Origin: Pecten maximus
Lineage: Eukaryota
DNA: 64,000 nt
NCBI RefSeq assembly: GCF_902652985.1
Contig: NC_047023.1
Coordinates: 33,108,001-33,172,000, forward strand
Reading direction: 5' to 3'
Every line of letters begins with the position of its first letter. The first letter of the stretch is position 1. This document shows positions 1 through 13,600 of this stretch, in pieces. The notes beneath the pieces were generated by a model that was given only the letters and a program-made list of their open reading frames with translations, did no database searches and was not told the DNA's origin. A program made the translations under genes and the position numbers.

Positions 1-1649
1 TAATTAAGAAACATTAACTAGTGAAAGAGTAACTTTTATAATTAATGCACCCACCAAACTTTGACAGGAATATTATGGTGTTGTCTGTTATTCTGGCAAA
101 ACCTTTGGTTGGTAAAAACATCTCGACTGATCGTGTTGAACCTTGGTAGGCTTAAAAACTTATTTGTATTCTTCCCCAGAATGGTATTTATCTGATCTAA
201 TTTTGTCTTGGGATCTTCTCTCTTTCAGTTTTAAGCTGGCTTTCTTAAAACTTTGTTGGCTTTATAACCATTTATATGCAGTTCTGCTTTCCTGAGTAGC
301 TTTTTGATTGATTTATTTTTTAAGAATTTTATTGCTTACTGAAGTTGTTGTTTTTGTCCTGGGATCACTATGGAAGGTAATCAATGGCAGGATTTGTGTA
401 CTTGACATGTAGTTTCTTTCTGAAAGTTTTCTCCAAAAAGTCAAGATATCGAGAGAATTAGTATGGAAAGTCATAGTAATGTATTGCAACAAAGCAGATG
501 ATGGTACAAACATCACTCATGTCAATTTTCAGAACAATCCATTCATTATTTTCTCACTTAAACCGCATTTTTATTTGACAATTCTTCTTTCATATCAACA
601 TTTCTATGCATTTTGAAAGAAGAATTTGTTACAAATATAATGTTATTCACACATAACCAAATAAAGTAATGTTTACTGTAGATATGTAAATATATAGACT
701 TGTTCTCATATTTTGGAGTAAAATATATTTGACTTGCTATAAGGAAATGAGTGTTTAACCGGCGAATGATGATATCTCTATTGTGTCAAGTTATGTAGGT
801 AGTTTGATTTTTGTGTGGAAAGTGTATAAAGTTTGATGTCTCACAACTTTTCCATTCTACAAGTACATTTGTATTGGGTTGATAGCACCAATGGACATTG
901 TGTGTGTGAGGATGTGTGTGTGTCCATCAGTAACTCCCTAATGACAGTCGTCTGGACAACATCTAAATGTGAAATTCTATCAAGTTAACTACAGATTCTT
1001 CATGATGGGATGAGGGGAGTTATCCATCTGACTATCATCTTAGTAGCACCACTATCATTTATTATTTCACTTGTTTATTGGGCTGAGACATCAACAACAG
1101 ATCAAGGCAGACACAACCTAAAGGATACTACATATTGTTGTTAGGTTTTGTTGGTTAAAAATCCAACCTGGCCACTATACAATTTATATGTCTTTTGTTG
1201 GACTGAGAAATATTAAACAGTGTTTCCATTAAAATGGATTCAGCAACACTTATTATATGTAAAATTAACTTTTTTTCTATCTTCTCACTCATCAAATGTA
1301 AAACATTACACTACCATGACTAATTGAGCAACTATCGTGGCCACCACAGTCTCAAGTTAGAAATATCTTGATCAGCCTTTATACGAAAAAACCCCCAACC
1401 CGATAGGCGACTCATGCCCTACGGACCTTTATTTTTCTGTATGTCTAAGTTAACAATGGAAGTCTATGATACCAGGAAATATTGCTGGTAAATTCCATAG
1501 CTTTACAGATTAAAGCAATCTTCAAATATTAATTTTCAATGTTTTGTCATACTCTGTAATAACAGTTTTTGTTTTACTTTTAAAATTAGTTCTGTTGTCT
1601 TGGTAGGAAAAACAATCGACCAATCTGAACGCTTCTCCATCAGCTTCCA

Positions 1650-4600
1650 TCAGTTCTCATAGTCATGTATGGTTGTTGTGGCCTGGAATTATACAAGATA
1701 TTCAAAACGTGTATACCAACATAGTAGATAAAGTGCACTCAAATGATTTAAACACATGTTTAACTTCAGTTTAAAAAGTTAATTAGTGGTGTTACATGAT
1801 GTATGACATCAGGTGTACTGTGAGGTCATTAGAAGTTTAATAGCCAAGTCTTAAATACCAAAATGACATCAGCTTTAACATAATCGTAACAATAGGTGTT
1901 ATATAATGGGATAGGTGTCTAAAGGGGACACCAACTTTAGATGCCTAAGTAGAACAAAAGTATTTTGGTACAAAATCAAATGTAGCATAAAAAATGTAGT
2001 GTATTATGACAGCATCTATAGTAAGTTGACTGTAAGGTGTAGAATGGGACTACAAGTACAACATTTCATAGGGCCTTTTTAGAAAACAGTTTACAGTGCT
2101 TTTGATTTAACAGCAATTCACAGGGTCTTTAAAGTAACAGGGCTATTGATAGCACAGTGATCTATGGGTCCATAATTGAAAACCAACTCATGGGTCCATT
2201 AATAGACCCGAAGTTTAAGGGGCAATCAATTAAACAAAAATTCAAGAAGCTATATGTATCAATAGAACACCAAATTACGGGACTGTTAATAGAAACAATT
2301 TATAGTGCTTTTGATAGAACACTTAACACAGCGTCTTTGAAAGACTATAAATAGAACAACTGGGTTCATTAACAGAACACCAACTATCGGGGCAATAAAT
2401 AGACCACCAATTTTAGGGTTAATTCTCATTTATATAAATTATGATTGCTGTTCCCTTAAAATGTTTCAAACCAAATTTGGTTGTAATCAATAAAGACATT
2501 AAGAAGGAGTACGATTTTAAAGCAAACTTTTTGTTAAGTTCTCCTTTTGGGGCCTCGCTCTTCTGTCCCCGGTGGCCCCATAAGCATCACTTATAAAAAT
2601 TGTGATTGCCATCCTCTTATAATAATTCAAACTAAATTTGGATGTAATCCAACCAAGGGTTAAAAAAGAATAGTAGGGTTTTAAATCAATAATTTACCAA
2701 AGTTCCCCTTTGGGGGGCCCGCCAATGTGGCCCCAGGGTCAGACTTGCCTTATTTACAGAAAATATGATTGCCCTCCCCCCATGATTTTGCACACCAAAT
2801 TTGGTTACGGAGGAGTAGGAATTTAAAGCAAAAATTCACCAAAGTTCCCCTTTTGGGGCCCTCCCCTCGGGCCCCAGGGCTCACACCAGCCGCATTTATA
2901 TAGAATATGACCGCCCTCCCCCAATGATGTTTCACACCAAATTTAGTTGTAATCCACCCAAGGGTAAAGGAAAAGTAGGATTTTATAGCAAAAATTCACA
3001 AAAGTTCCCTTTTTTGGCCCCACCCCTCTGGCCCCAGGGCTCACACCAGTCTCATTTATATAAAATATGACCGCCCTCCCCCAATGATGTTTCACACCAA
3101 ATTTGGATGAAATCCACCAAAGGGTTAAGGAGGAGTAGCGTTTTGAAAGAAAAAGTCTTACGCACGGCGCACGGCGGACGACGACGGACGGAACACGATG
3201 GCTATAGGTTATTCTGACCCTTTTGGTCAGATGACCTAAAAAATCAAGGAGCTATTTATAAAACCAAATTAACGGAAATATTATTATAACAATTTCATGA
3301 AGCCATGAGTAAAACATCATTTCACTGGGTCATTAATAGAACATCAATTCTAGGGGCCGTTAATTAAACAATTTTAGGAACAATCAGAACATCAATTTAT
3401 TGGGCATTTATATATCACCAATTCAATAAGACCAACATTAGAACAAAAATGACAGGGTCATTAATTATAATAGAACACCAATTCACGGGATATCAATAGA
3501 ACACAAATTCATGAGACCATTAAAAGAACACCACTTCACATGCTGTAAATAGAACACCAATTCACGAGACCATAAATAGAACACTAATTCACGGGGCAAT
3601 CAAACTCACGAGGCCATTAATAGAATACCAATTCATGGGACCATTAATAGAACCATTAATAGAACACCAATTCAAGGAGCCAGTAATAGAATACCAATTC
3701 ATAGGGTCATTAATAGAATACCAATTCATAGGGTCATTAATAGAATACCAATTCATAAGGTCATTAATAGAACACCAATTCATAGGGTCATTAATAGAAT
3801 ACCAATTCACAAAGCCATGAGTTGAGCACCATTTTACGAGGCCAATTAGCAGAACGCAAATTCACATGTTCATAATACATAAAAATTCACGGGGCCATTA
3901 TAGCAGTTCATTTCAGGTGTCCGTTATAATAAAACCCCACGTACCCACAGGTAGAATGTGGCGGCCCCAGCACTGGCGATCTGGATCGTCTCCATGTCGT
4001 ACTTGCCGATGATTTCTTTGGCTCGCAGTACAATGGCCGGTCGTAGCTTCCTCATCTGGAAGGCCGCTACTCGACGTTTTAACCCTTCTTTTCCTTTCTT
4101 GGAGATTAAACCTTGTACTTTTGGCCATTTCTAGGGAAATGCAATTGACAACATGGTCACAAAAGGATGCATGTATATAATCAAAACGGTCAGTGTGGAG
4201 AGAAATACAGGTTTTTGGTTTTATTCAATTATTTGTTTTTGTACATTGTGTTTATAGTTAAAATATACATGTCACTCAAAACAAGTATCAAATTCTAACA
4301 AATCGAATGCAGATGCAAAACAAATTCTGGTAAGGTTTTACAGAACTATTGTTTATTTGGCATATCACAAATCCGTGCAATCATATACAAAATGTGTACA
4401 TGTGTAGTTAATATATAAATATGTATCGTTTATAAGGGTAAAGTATCTTGTCCAAGGACGCAACCACGACAACACAGACAGGTCGGTTTCTCAGTTTCCC
4501 GAGAAACACGAACCATGCACAGATTGGGAGCGCACCTTGGACCTTCACCTGAAATTACGTGGCCGATTGAGCTATCGCGGCCCCAATGTTTAGATAAAGT

Positions 4601-7600
4601 GAAGAAAAAATTATGACAAGTTTTCAAAACCTGCTTAATAAGAGTAACAGGAATAAGAGTATTGTGAAAAGCGTATGTTAACGGTCGTCTGTTTCCATTG
4701 TGATGTCAGAAATCAAGAAGTAATATTTCTTTATGTCGTTTGATGACGTCAAAGAACGCTATCGGTCCATACCTCTAAAATGTTGCATTGAATAGCCGAC
4801 AATTATTTGAGGAAACTTTAGTATCGAACAATCGGATGTAAATTATGATTCACAATGCCTACAGTAGGTCTGTTTTAATAACGAACCCGTAAGTCGGCCT
4901 CTTTACTGCCCAGCAAGAGAAATGTCGCGGCCATCACTGCGTGTACAGGGGCGGGTGGTTTGGGGTAACTCCGGATTTCAGAAATACTTTTGGCGTCCAT
5001 TTCTAGTACGGCCTTCCGTAGCCTCTTCAACTTCCGAAGTCGGGCTCGCATGACCTCCGCGTCCTCCAAGATTCCGCCTATGTCATGCTTGAGTGACGTC
5101 TCGCTGAGGTTGTGCATGGCCGCCTCCAGTTTATCGAGATCTTTAGATTGCATTGCGTCTCTGATCTCTGTGGCAGAGAACATGGCATGGAAGTTATAAT
5201 ATATATTTTATATTTAATACTAAATACTAAAATACCGATAGTTATGTCTAAAAGATATTTTGAAACAAGGCATCTACGAATACCTTCGCTATTCATCACT
5301 GACCAATACTTTGTTGTTTGTTTTTTTATTTAGGTTTCACGGCCCATCGACAGCCATGGTCATTAAGGGCCAAACAAAATACTATTAATTGATTCTGCAT
5401 ACAAAAGAAAAGATGCTAAGACTTGTCACAATGTCGCTCAGGAAAGCGCCACTAAATATCATAACGAGAGATGACAGTTGTAAGAGTTTGAAAAAAACAG
5501 AACTACATATATCCGACAATGAACGAAGTTTGTAAAGCGAGGAAGATTTATAGTAAGAGTGACTTCAATTGGGATACCAGCAGATTGAAATGCGAATTAA
5601 TTGAAGAGATCATAGTTGTTAGTGTATTAGTTTTGGGACATTCAGGTATAATTAATGTAGCTGGTAGGTTGAGTATGTTGAAAATCTACTCATAGAGCAT
5701 GCAAACTAGCAGTGACCCCAATTTTGACCCCAGAAGATTGAAATGCAAACCCGTGTAAGAGATGATTGGTGTCGTAAGTGTATGAAATGTCAGAAAAATT
5801 GGATCACCAAAGAAGTTGGTACAGCGAGGACGTCGAAAATCTAATAATAGCAACAGTGACCTCATTTTTTTTAGCCCCAGATGGTTGAAATGTGAACTCG
5901 TACAAGAGATTGTGATAGTAAATAAGTACAGTTTTTAGTCCTCAGACAAATACCTTTGCGACCAAACTCTCCTCCGACTAATTCCAACGACTCTGGAATC
6001 TCCAAGACAAATGTGTAGGACAATGAACGCCGCGTACTCAATGATATAAAAATGTGTTTAATTGTCGCGGTGATAAATGTTGTCAATAAACTGCTTCTAC
6101 GTCACTCTCATCAATCAAACTCACCATTATTGAGACGATTTAAGTGGAACTTCCGCTTGGCTTTGGTGAAGTCGCCCCTGTCCTCCAGACCTCTCTTGGA
6201 ACACTCGTCCAATAGTGAGGCCATTGCTTTGGTGTCTCCCTCCGCCGTGGCCTCTTTCAGTTGCTCTCGTAGATTAGCCATGCTGTGGTCCTAATATATT
6301 GAATCAAATATCTTATTTATTGAAAAGTGTTAAACACAATTGGATTCATCTGTACTGCGAAAACATGCATCAAAGAAAAGAGCAAACTGAAAGGTATGGA
6401 AGTTATTTCTTATCAAAAACAATCTGTGCTAGCATTCAGCATAGCAACAGTTTGGGAACCCCACCAGTCTCCGTAACATCCTCGTAATTACCCATGACAG
6501 ACCGTGAGAGCATTGTTGATATAAGTTAACATATATTGCAAATCGATGGATAAAGAACATGTCTTGTAGCGGCTATAAAAAAAATTATTGGGAAAGGGCT
6601 TTATATAAGTTGTATGACTTATACCCAATCCCTTTGCATATTCAAGTTACAAAAATATGTTTAAATCAAAATTCGCCGTAGTGGACCAGCTAGACCTGTC
6701 TGGAGGCGAGAGGTTCCACGTAGTGACAGGGCGTAATGGAATCATCTTGTCACATTTTGTCGTTTTGTACATTGTATATTATACTACGACTTGATTGTCA
6801 TTTTGTACCTTGTACAAAGGTTTATTACTTAATTTTTATATTATATTATACAATATGTAATTCTATTGTCATTTTGTACATTGTACAAAGGTTTATTACT
6901 CAATTTATATAACATACTACAATTTCTCGTACATTGTTTAGACGCTAGTGTATTTTGTTTTCATGGACTTTAACTGTTCATATCCTGACGTGTGTTACAA
7001 TAAACATTTTGTATTAAGATATGTAATAGGTAACAGATAGATTACTAATCAGACACCTTGTCTTACTACATATTGCATCTGAAAATACCTTTCATATCAA
7101 TCGAGTATAATATCTCACCTCCACAACTTGGGTCCTTTGAAGAAGAATGTTGCACACGTTCTCTAGATTCAGGGCATCTTTCTTTTTGCTGAACACCTGG
7201 AGAGCATATTCCCCTTCCGTAGCAGGTTTGACTCGGACCACCGTTTCCGAGTCCTCGTTTATAAACGTTTGTGACAAACATTCCACAAGTTCGCTCTTCG
7301 ATAACGAATTGTGAATTAGTTCTGTGTATATTTCTGTTTCACTGTCGTGCTCAAACCATACTTCAGTGACCAGATCGTCGTCTATATTATAAACTCCGTC
7401 GGCATGTGTGCGGGCCACGATGTTGTGGCGTTCCAACTCCGGCCCTGCCCCCCAACCTATGGATGGCACAAGTGGAAGAGGATCGCAAACCTCCATTCCG
7501 ACTGTGCAGACGACTTTGAAATCACAGATCCACTCGGAGATGAGTCTGTGTTTGGGGTCCCGACAGTGAAGTTCTAGCTTATACACACCGATAGCCACGG

Positions 7601-10600
7601 GAGGAAAGCGAATCTCTGTAAAGGCAGTTGTACCTTGACAGTACTGCAGCACAAACCTCTCCAGTTTGAAATATTCATATTCTCCCTCATCCTCGTACTC
7701 TCGCGAACGATATAGTTTATACGAGAACTGAAGCCGATGTTGAGAATCTTTAGGCATTTCAATCGTGATTTTGACTTTCCCGTGATGTGATTGGACGACA
7801 CATTTCTTATGACTGGTCAGTTTTAGTCCAAGTTCGTAAAATGATGGTTGCAAAAACGGCGTGGATTCAAATGCTTCTTTTGTAAACGGCATCTTCAATA
7901 ACTGCCAGCGCTCATCATTTGGGAAACATTTGGTTATGAACTGATTGGGGTCAGTAAGAAAGAAAAACTCGTTGACCATAGAATGGACTATGTAGGATTT
8001 ACTACCGCCCTTTGGCACGAAGTCCTCGTGGAAGTCTGGACACTCGACCACTGTCCAGCGCCCGGTGTTGTAACCCTGAGCAGACATAGCCGCCCAGTAT
8101 GGGTGAAGGAGGCGCCAACTTCCTTCTAGATAAACAGCATTCCAGGAATTCTTCATTCTAATACGGTCAATTTTCTCTCCTACTTCGTAAGCCACTCCTT
8201 TCGCCACACCATAAATGGTCACACAAGGTATTCCAGCTTTTCTGGAATTAAATAAAATAAATAAATAAATAATATATATACATTTTGTTTATGTCAAACA
8301 TAAAACACTAAACACAATCCCTTGATAAAGCTACGTGTTACAACAGACCATGGCCTTTTCTTTTTTCCATTATATTAGTATTCCAGACATTATTCTTGAC
8401 GGACCTGAAGAGAATAATAGAGAGGCCTTTGGGCTTTAATTTGTCAAGTTCTTACGCACTATGATAGACTACTAGATATGTGATAATGATGTAGAGATGT
8501 ATATCTTATTATTCAGTGCACTTACCATTAGTACGGAATTAAGATGGCTTCGATATAGAGTTAACTATAGAATTTGACAACTACACAATTATACCTTGCA
8601 AGGTAAAATGGTGTAATATTCGTAAATGATAAGTGAAATTGTTTATATGTAAATTGTAGTCTAGAATAACAGTCTGTATGTTGGAAAAGAATAGCAGTCC
8701 GCTACAATGCCGAAAGAATTGTGGATATTTAATGTGTGGGTGTTTAGAACCACGGCCACATTTTACTGATGTAGAAGTGTGGATATAGTACGTGTATTTG
8801 TAGACTTATTGTCCCCTGTTTGCAGCAATTATTCTAATATTAAAGTTAATTGCGGACGTCTATATAAGTAAATGGTTTAGTGTTAAAGATCGGTATAACC
8901 GACATTCCGTGTGGCTATTCACGATGGCATAAGACATTTGGAAATGCGCAAACCACGACATAGATGCCATTTCCCTGTCGCTTTGTCGCCATTGATATTA
9001 TAGTCTGAGAGTTGGGCGAACAACAATCCAGGCGTTGGAATGACTGTCGTTGCGCTTCTCTTTACCAGTGTGATGATGGCGCGAGTGAGCTACGTACCTG
9101 GAAAGAGTGGTGAAAAGTTCGGAATAACTTCCCTTGCGTTCCCGGACCAGATGTAGATATCCAACTGGAGTGTCCGGGGAGGGAATGTCCTTCTGACATA
9201 GCAACATTGGTACCTTTTGTAGGACCAACCAGTAAAACAAGGCCCGTATCGTCTCCAGGTCCGAGTCCGATTCACTGGTCAGATACTCCAACAGAGCTTC
9301 ATAGCTCTCGCCTGTTTCCGGTGGCGCCTACACAAGAAATATCGTTTGGTTGAAAGGTGTCAACATTTTCATATTTCTTCACAAACCTGTATTGAGCACT
9401 TGGAGGAATTCTGACAGTCGACAACTAAGGTTCAAACAGTGATAACGATATACGTCGACAAAATATAGTCAGCAATATGGCTATAGGTAGGGTACGGACA
9501 TTCTAATGGAAGGGGTTAATTTTTTGTCTATTCTCTTAACTTGACCTCAAGAGTCTGGTAAAACACATTATTGACAGCGGCATTGAAACATTGCATGGAT
9601 TCTGGATAACGTAAGAATAAACAAAATAATGTGCAAGAGTTGTATATCAAAGAAAAGATCGGGCATTGATTAATCTATTTATGAGATGGTGTCAACTATG
9701 TTTTTGACAAGCTTTTTTATAATGACTTCATAATATAAACGTTGCCATCGTCTAACCTGTGACGTCATAGTACCAAACGTCATTGAGTGCACTCTATATC
9801 ACGACAGTAAGTGAACACGGATTCACACATCTCCATGGATATACTCACCTTCCTCACATAATTATCAGCGTGAGTGAAATCGCTCACGTTGAAAATGTCT
9901 TGCTTCCTTCCATCAGGTGGCGCGGGTTTTGCGTACCCGGGTTCTGCATCTACATCCCGATATGCTTTTTGAACGCTCTGATCAAATATCAAATAAATTA
10001 ATCAGAAGAAATTATCAATTAGAGTAATGTTTACTGCTTTGTTACGAATATATTATATGTCAATCATCAAGTTAAGCTTCAATGAGAGTCCCGTGCAGCC
10101 TGTTGTTTAGACATGCTGAATCGTTAAACTCTCGCGTAGAGCCTTTTGATGAGACACATGTACATTGGCATGTACATTGGCCACACCCCCGCGTGCAGCC
10201 TGGCCATGAGACACACTGATATATTCTCGCGTGCAGCCTGGCCATGAGACACACTGATACACTTTCGTGTGCAACCTGGTGATGAGACACACTGATATAC
10301 TCTCGCGTGCAGCCTGGCCATGAGACACACTGATATACTCTCGCGTGCAGTCTGGCCATAAGACACACTGATATACTCTCGCGTGCGGTCTGGCCATAAG
10401 ACACACTGATACACTCTCGCGTGCGGTCTGGCCATAAGACACACTGATATACTCTCGCGTGCAGTCTTGCCATAAGACACACTGATACACTCTCGCGTGC
10501 AGCCTGGTCATGAGACACGCTGATACACTCTCGCGTGCAGCCTGGTCATGGACACGCTGATACACTCCTGGGTGCAGCCTGGCCATGAACACGCTGATAC

Positions 10601-13600
10601 ACTCTCGCGTGCAGCCTGGTCATGAACACACTGATACACTCTCGGGTGCAGCCTGGCCATGAGACACACTGATATATTCTCGCGTGCAGCCTGGCCATGA
10701 GACACACTGATACACTCTCGCGTGCAGCCTGGTGAGGAGACACACTGATGATACACACTGATAGCTCTCTTGCAGTCTAGCGATGAGACACATTGATATA
10801 TTCTCGCGTACTAGGACACAGTATACGCTCTCACGTGAAGTCTGGTGATGGGTCGTATTGATACGGTCACACTGATACCCCCAGTGTTCGAGATGCATGC
10901 CTGTAGTGTAAATCGTGCTGATGTCGACTTTATAGTGCTATCTCACTGAAGCATACTGCCGAACACATCCAACAGAACACCTCAACCGGTCACATTATAC
11001 TGGCAACGGGGGAACCAGTCGACCCAGTTGACCTAATGCTGAGCGTCAATCAGAATATCAACTACCATCTTAATACTAGTAGATGTGATGTTCAGACACT
11101 ATCGCTTCCAGTCTGGAGAGAAGAAAACGATACACTCTAAAGTGCAGCTAAGTGATGAGACACTCGGCCTACACTCTTATGTGCAGTCCGATAATGATAC
11201 ACAATGGTACACCCTCAATGCAACCTGGTGAAAGACACTCTCATGTGCAGTCTGGCGATTAAGCACAATGATATAATTTCACGTGTAACATGGTGACAGG
11301 CATATTTATATGATCTCGCGTGTAGCCTGATTAGACACACACACTAGTACACTCTTACATTCTCACTTTCGCCTGGTTTTAAGACACGCTCGCTTGAAGC
11401 CTGGTGACGAGACGCGCTCGCTTGCGGTCAGGCGAGGAGTCTTACTGATGAAACATACTGATACACTCTCGCTTGCAGCCGGTTGATGTGACACTCTCGC
11501 TTGCAGCCGGTTGATGTGACACTCTCGCTCGCAGCCAGTTGATGAGACACTCTCGTTTGCAGTCTGGTGATGATACACTCTCGCTTGCAGCCAGTTGATG
11601 TGACACTCTCGCTTGCAGTCTGGTGATGAGACACCCTCGCTTGCAGTCTGGTGATGAGACACCCTCGCTTGCAGCCAGTTGATGAGACACCCTCGCTTGC
11701 AGTCTGGTGATTATACACTCTCGCTTGCAGTCTGGTGATGAGACACTCTCGCTCGCAGTCTGGTGATGATGCATTCTCGCTTTCAGTCTGGTGATGAGAC
11801 ACTCTCGCTTGCAGTCTGGTGATGAGACACTCTCGCTTGCAGTCTGGTGATGAGACACTCTCGCTCGCAGTCTTGTGATGAGACACTCTCGCTTGCAGTC
11901 TTATGATGAGACACTCTCGCTCGCAGTCTTGTGATGAGTCACTCGCTTGCAGTCTGGCGATGAGTCACTCTCGCTTGCAGTTTGGTGATAATACACTGTC
12001 GCTTGCAGTATGGTGATTATACACTCTCGCTTTCAGTCTGGTGATGATACACTCTTGCTTGCAGTCTGGTGATGATGCATTCTCGCTTTCAGTCTGGTGA
12101 TGAGACACTCTCGCTTGCAGTCTGGTGATGAGACACTCTCGCTTGCAGTCTGGTGATGAGACACTCTCGCTCGCAGTCTTGTGATGAGACACTCTCGCTT
12201 GCAGTCTGGTGATGAGTCACTCTCGCTTGCAGTCTGGCGATGAGTCACTCTCGCTTGCAGTTTGGTGATAATACACTGTCGCTTGCAGTATGGTGATTAT
12301 ACACTCTCGCTTTCAGTCTGGTGATGATACACTCTCGCTTGCAGTCTGGTGATGAGACACTCTCGCTTGCAGACTGGTGATGATACACTCTCGCTTGCAG
12401 TATGGTGATTATACACTCTCGCTTGCAGTCTGGTGATGATACTCTCTCGCTTGCAGACTGGTGATGATACACTCTCGCTCGCAGTCTGGTGATGAGATAC
12501 TCTCGCTCGCAGTCTGGTGATGAGACACTCTCGCTCGCAGTCTGGTGATAAGACACTCTCGCTCGCAGTCTGGTGATGATACTCTCTCGCTCGCAGTCTG
12601 GTGATAATACACTCTCTCTTTCTGTCTGGTGATGAGACACTCTCGCTTGCAGACTGGTGATGATACACTCTCGCTTGCAGACTGGTGATGATACACTCTC
12701 TCTTTCTGTCTGGTGATGAGACACTCTCGCTTGCAGACTGGTGATGATACACTCTCTCTTTCTGTCTGGTGATGAGACACTCTCGCTTGCAGACTGGTGA
12801 TGATACACTCTCTCTTTCTGTCTGGTGATGAGACACTCTCGCTTGCAGACTGGTGATGAGACACTCTCGCTTGCAGTCTGGTGATTATACACTCTCGCTT
12901 GCAGTCTTGAGACACTCTCGCTTTCTGTCTGGTGATGAGATACTCTCGCTTGCAGTCTGGTAATGAGACACTCTCGCTTGCAGTCTGGTGATTATACACT
13001 CTCGCTTGCAGTCTTGAGACACTCTCGCTTTCTGTCTGATGATGAGATACTCTCGCTTGCAGTCTGGTGATGAGACACTCTCGCTTGCAGTCTGGTGATG
13101 AGTCACTCTCGCTTGCAGTCTGGTGATGAGACACTCTCGCTCGCAGTCTGGTGATGAGACACTCTCGCTTGCAGTCTGGTAATGAGACACTCTCGCTTGC
13201 AGTCTGGTGATGAGATACTCTCGCTTGCAGTCTGGTGATGAGATACTCTCGCTTGCAGTCTGGTGATGAGATACTCTCGCTTGCAGTCTGGTAATGAGAC
13301 ACTCTCGCTCGCAGTCTGGTGATGAGACACTCTCGCTTGCAGTCTGGTGATGAGACACTCTCGCTTGCAGTCTGGTGATGAGACACTCTCGCCTGCAGTC
13401 TGGTGATGAGACACTCTCGCTTGCAGTCTGGTGATGAGATACTCTCGCTCGCAGTCTTGTGATGAGACACTCTCGCTTGCAGTCTTATGATGAGACACTC
13501 TCGCTCGCAGTCTTGTGATGAGTCACTCGCTTGCAGTCTGGCGATGAGTCACTCTCGCTTGCAGTTTGGTGATAATACACTGTCGCTTGCAGTATGGTGA

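Noticed and set aside
4560-4585. tRNA gene
   Set aside because: Only an A-box-like head followed by SINE CORE sequence; no cloverleaf.
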